The notes beneath the pieces are model-generated. The model was given only the letters and a program-made list of their open reading frames with translations, searched no databases and had not been told where the DNA came from. Below, piece by piece: positions 62,718 through 64,000 of a stretch of 64,000 nucleotides of DNA; position 1 is the first letter of the stretch; every line of letters begins with the position of its first letter. Made by a program: the position numbers and the translations under genes. The stretch is from IMG/VR virus record IMGVR_UViG_3300046681_000151, positions 1-64,000 of that record; one strand, 5' to 3'. This DNA comes from a virus. Lineage: Duplodnaviria > Caudoviricetes.

Positions 62718-64000
62718 TCAGGCGTGCTCGATGACGACGCCACGCTTGTACAGCGCCGCGTCGCCCGTGCCTGCATCCGACGGAACGCCGTAGTCGCCCA
62801 CCCACGACCAGGTCGAGGCGATGACCTGCTGCAGCCGGTCCTGCGCCGGACGCACCAGCAGGGTGACGTCCACTCCGGGCGCGGCGTTGATGGTGCGGAT
62901 CTCCGGCACGTCCTCGACGCCGGTACCGGCGAGGAGAGTGTTGGTGCCCTCGAACGGCGCCGACATCAGCGCGTTCGCGCCCAGCACGATCGGCCGGTGC
63001 ACCGTCAGGGTGCCCGCAGCGCCGCCGTTGGTGATGGTCGGCGCCTCCAGGTTGCGCACCCAGTCGATACCCGCGAACCGGCCGATGGACAGCTCCGTGT
63101 AGATCGGCGAGTCCACGCGGCCCTGAAGGGCCTGCTTGAAGTCGGCGTCCGCGAACAGCTGCGCCTCGGTGTCGGGGTCGATGTGGGCGACGTAGTAGCC
63201 GCCCACCGTCGGCACCGCCATCTTCCGCAGACGCGCCACCGCAGCCCGGAAGTTCGCGAACGTCACGACGTTCGACGACGACAGATCGAAGGGCGAGTTG
63301 CCGGTTGCGCGGACCGACACCGGGGCGTTCGCCGCGATCACGTAGTCGCCGGCGACGTCGACGCGGGCGGTGCCCAGCGTCAGCGTGCTGGTGCCGGTGT
63401 TGACGCCGGTCACCGTGTTCGCGACGCCCGCGATCGACACGGTCAGCGGGTTCGACGCGCTCACGGCGGTCGGGACGCCGTTGACCATGACGGTGGTGAA
63501 GCCGTCCGTCGAGTTGACGATCATCGACGTGTCCGAGGAACCGGCCGTGGTCACCCAGGTCCGGCCGCCCGCATACGCCTTGTACAGCTTGTTGCGGGCC
63601 ACCTGGTTGACGGTCTGCCCGGCGTTGATGCCCAGGTTCTCGACGTCCGCCAGGAATTTGCTCGCCAGCGCCATCGCCGACCCGAGCATGTTGGTGTCCA
63701 TCGAGTTCGCGTACTGGTCCATCGTCACGGACCACTGCTCGATTGAGTAGGTCGCCGCCGACGGGTCCGAACCCGTCACCGGAGTCGTCACCGGGGCGAG
63801 CAGGCCCTTACGAGTGAACGTCTTCGTGTCGCCCAGGCCGCCCATCCACGGCTCGGCGTCCGCGATCTGAGGGAACAGGAAGTTCGGCACCAGCGCGTCC
63901 CGGAAGACGCGGTCCAGGATGCCGTTCTGCAGCATCGCCTGAATGCCGGCGGGCAGGGACGGCCGGACACCGGCGTGCCGGTCCAGCTTGAACCACGGCC
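62718..64000 (-). CDS. major capsid protein (5'-partial)
   Basis: Frame open to the window end (PWFKLDRHAGVRPSLP...MLQNG); G.T.TF.R, LRKM.VP, GRFAG. Confidence 0.8.
   Translation of the reverse strand, partial: PWFKLDRHAGVRPSLPAGIQAMLQNGILDRVFRDALVPNFLFPQIADAEPWMGGLGDTKTFTRKGLLAPVTTPVTGSDPSAATYSIEQWSVTMDQYANSMDTNMLGSAMALASKFLADVENLGINAGQTVNQVARNKLYKAYAGGRTWVTTAGSSDTSMIVNSTDGFTTVMVNGVPTAVSASNPLTVSIAGVANTVTGVNTGTSTLTLGTARVDVAGDYVIAANAPVSVRATGNSPFDLSSSNVVTFANFRAAVARLRKMAVPTVGGYYVAHIDPDTEAQLFADADFKQALQGRVDSPIYTELSIGRFAGIDWVRNLEAPTITNGGAAGTLTVHRPIVLGANALMSAPFEGTNTLLAGTGVEDVPEIRTINAAPGVDVTLLVRPAQDRLQQVIASTWSWVGDYGVPSDAGTGDAALYKRGVVIEHA

Larger units (their letters stand above)
1..64000. mobile_element. 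Temperate siphovirus (Streptomyces-type phage/prophage), partial genome
   Basis: Integrase, repressor/Cro, DnaB/DnaC, RecET-like pair, endolysin/holin, tape measure, tail and capsid genes in phage order; no host housekeeping genes. Confidence 0.95.

Overview
The whole window is a contiguous, high-GC temperate siphovirus genome of Streptomyces/actinobacterial type. Left to right: (1) an accessory region of divergent regulators and small genes, with a putative TA pair (0-6.4 kb). (2) A long leftward early operon (6.4-34.9 kb): many small hypotheticals, DnaB helicase, DnaC-like loader, replication initiator with iterons, CoiA-like nuclease, C5 and N4/N6 DNA methyltransferases, RecE/RecT-like pair, HNH-AP2, beta-clamp-like protein, antirepressor, Xis and Cro. 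A tnpB-only IS200/IS605 element interrupts this operon. (3) Repressor, tyrosine integrase and an apparently intact attP (35-38 kb). (4) A cluster of self-promoted moron genes with a second tyrosine recombinase and its res-like site (38-44.3 kb). (5) Leftward lysis, tail and head genes ending in a partial major capsid gene (44.3-64 kb). Most notable observations: a TnpB element whose tnpA is replaced by an Arc/RHH gene sharing a symmetric leaderless operator-promoter; a C5 methyltransferase with its LPTP-repeat region encoded in a nested second frame; a 5' leader with three identical-loop hairpins; a hidden 16-aa hydrophobic peptide behind a sequestered RBS; a RyR-repeat protein; and an exoribonuclease plus a papain-like protease inside the lysis cassette. 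All family calls come from motif recognition by eye, not from database searches.
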